From Macrostomum hystrix (lineage: Eukaryota; Animalia; Platyhelminthes): DNA of 64,000 nucleotides. Each line of letters begins with the position of its first letter. The first letter of the stretch is position 1. The stretch is from the NCBI GenBank assembly GCA_950097015.1, contig CATNEN010000001.1:2294001-2358000 (forward strand), given 5' to 3'. A program made the position numbers and the translations under genes. Shown piece by piece: positions 61,804 through 64,000 of this stretch. The notes under the pieces are model-generated. The model did no database searches. It had not been told where the DNA came from and worked only from the letters and a program-made list of their open reading frames with translations.

Positions 61804-63965
61804 ATGGAACGCAAGACCTCACTGAACGAGGAGAAAATTGTGGACAAGGCTCTTGTGCTCAAGGATGAGAATGGTTGGGACACGGTAAGTCCTAGAGACC
61901 AGATTTCAATCACGACATTGACAGACATCACTAACAGACAGAAATCACTAACAGACAGACATCACTAACAGACAGACATCACCAACAGACAGACATCACT
62001 AACAGACAGACATCACTAACAGACAGACATCACTAACAGACAGACACCACTAACAGACAGACATCACTAACAGACAGAAATCACCAACAGACAGACACCA
62101 CTAACAGACAGACATCACTAACAGACAGACATCACTAACAGACAGACATCACTAACAGACAGTCGAAACACTCACAGAACAGACACCCAGAACTGTTAGC
62201 ACGTATTTTCAAGCCCGTATTTTCAATCATTCCTCAGCTGAAGCCATTAATTAAGCGTTACTGGGCAGTGCTGCTAATCACTTGGCTGCTTCATCTGGGC
62301 CTTGGCTTGTCAATCTCAATCACTGGTCCAACTCTGCCCTACCTGGCTCTGAACACTGGCCAATCTTTGGGCGAAGTGAGCATAATTTACACTGTCCGTT
62401 CAATTGTTGTCTGCCTAACCAGCATTGGAGCTGGCCTGTTGCTAGGCAGGCTGAGCAGTAGCCGGTCTAAGCTTGTACTGCTCATTGTTGGCAGCTGTTT
62501 GGGAGCGGCGTACGCACTGCTCACACCTTTCTCAACTTCGCCGGCTACGCTCATCCTCTCCCAGAGTCTGTTTGGCATCGGTTCAGGCATTGTGGACACG
62601 GGTTCGTTCGTGGCTTCTGTTTTTTTGCATTCTGATACTAGAAATTTAGATCGAAAGGCAGTGTCCATGGACAAATGTTAACGGGCGATATGAGTTTATG
62701 AACTCTAGATAGTTAATCAAATGGATCCAATGTCCACGGACTCTGATCCAATGTCCACGGACTCTGATCCAATGGTCCACTGACTCTGATCCAATGGTCC
62801 ACGGACTCTGATCCAATGGTCCACGGACTACGGTCCACGGACTAGGGTCCATAGACTACCGTCCATAGACTACGGTCTACGGGCTACGGTCCACGGACTA
62901 CGTTTCGCGGACACAGACTGTTCTCGAGTTCTTAAAATTTCAGATCTAGCTGTCCAATAAATTCGAATCATTGAACACCCCCAATAATCTGCAGTGAACA
63001 ACATGCTCGTGATATTTCTATTCGGTCCTGTTCTGTCTCGATCGTTCTCTCATTCGCTGCACTTCTGCGTCGGCATCGGAGGATTTCTAGCTCCGATATT
63101 GGCCGGGCCGTTTCTCCAGCAGATGGGCGACATCGGCCAGCAGGCGGACTCGCAGGTGTGCGGCAACAGCGGCATCGACTCAGTCAACGCCAGCGTCAAC
63201 TCGTCAAAGCTGACCATTGATTTGCAGCCGCTGAAGTGGCCCTACATTACCCTCGGCTCGCTGCATTCCGTCTGGCTCATTGGCTATGGAATCCTGCTGG
63301 TCATCAACTTTCAATTAGTGAAGTTCCAGTCTTCCGAAGTAGAGAAGACCCAGGAGGAGACGGTCACCGTGACGTCACCAAATCGAATGACTCGCAGACG
63401 TCAAGCCATTGTGGTAATCCTATTCGTCCTATTCTACGTGCTGCACGTCGGTCAGGAGAATATGTTCTGGAGTCATTTGTACTCCTTCGGCATCTGTTCG
63501 AAATCGTTGAAGATGAGCCCAGCCGATGCTACTCTGTTGAGCACAGTCTTCTTCGTTGGGTTTCTGGTGAGTCGCGGAATCGGCATCGTGATTGCCAGAT
63601 GGATTCTGCCGGCCAAGATCTTGCTGCTACAGCTCAGCGGCTGCCTGGTTGCCACGGTGCTTCTGTCAATCTGGGGCGAGAGCAGTCACATTGCGGCCTA
63701 CGTCTGCTGCGGCCTGTACGGCTTCTGCATCGCCATGGTGTTCCCGACTGGCATCACCTGGTTGGCCTCAAAGATGGAGGTCACTGGTTCGCTCTCCAGC
63801 GCCTGGTTTATTGGAGCCTACGTTGGTAACAGTACGTACCCTCTGGCTGCGGGATACCTGATTGCGTCATCGACTGTGGGGGCTATGTCAATGATGTACC
63901 TGGCTGCTGCCACCTCTGTGGCTTATCTGATCGTGGTTGGCGTCATGTTTGTCATAGCGCGATGA
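61804..63965 (+). CDS. MFS transporter, MFSD4 / Na-dependent glucose transporter 1-like; exons 61804-61884, 62238-62601, 62995-63965
   Basis: LGLGLSISITGPTLPYLA; GIGSGIVDT; HSLHFCVGIGGFLAPILAGPFL; FYVLHVGQE; FLVSRGIGI; YGFCIAMVFPTGITW; multiple hydrophobic helices; in-frame GT-AG junctions. Confidence 0.85.
61920..62162. repeat. Minisatellite, 17-bp unit, in MFSD4-like intron 1
   Basis: Tandem acagacagacatcacta. Confidence 0.92.
62722..62905. repeat. Short compound repeat (~21-bp then ~14-bp units) in MFSD4-like intron 2
   Basis: gtccacggactctgatccaat, then gtccacggactacg. Confidence 0.85.
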
Positions 63966-64000
63966 TTATTATTTCCTGTCATAATTCTACTTTTCTACAG

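Noticed and set aside
995-62905. Array unit lengths as multiples of the ~10.5-bp helical turn
   Set aside because: Observed units (16, 17, 18, 19, 20, 21, 22, 23, 29, 31, 34, 37, 40, 75) do not cluster convincingly at helical multiples.

Overview
Eukaryotic (metazoan) genomic DNA with spliceosomal GT-AG introns. It is very rich in locus-specific minisatellites and tRNA-derived SINEs. The minisatellite-filled introns and Ala/Gly/Gln-run-rich proteins suggest a free-living flatworm such as Macrostomum; this is an inference, not verified. Nine protein-coding genes were assembled by hand from splice sites. A co-directional + strand cluster runs CLEC16A (3' end) > SLC2A10/12-like sugar transporter > CAMKMT > MIPOL1-like. 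The minus strand carries DYNC1LI, an OSBPL3/6/7-type oxysterol-binding protein gene and a GABA-B-like class C GPCR. The plus strand also carries a secreted PAN/apple-like + ALK/LTK-type glycine-rich-domain protein and an MFSD4-type transporter. Mobile DNA includes three SINE families, a TTAA-flanked MITE family, a foldback MITE and an internally deleted Tc1/IS630-like transposon. The most notable observation is that two genes of the + strand cluster begin at phase-0 splice acceptors with no ATG there. This fits initiation from the 3'-terminal AUG of the flatworm spliced leader within a minisatellite-spaced operon. Also notable are a related family of 20-23 bp minisatellites hugging coding exons, an inverted SINE pair flanking one exon, a telomeric-repeat patch inside a SINE, and a kinase-less soluble ALK/LTK-GRD protein. 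Gene identities come from recalled motifs, not database searches.
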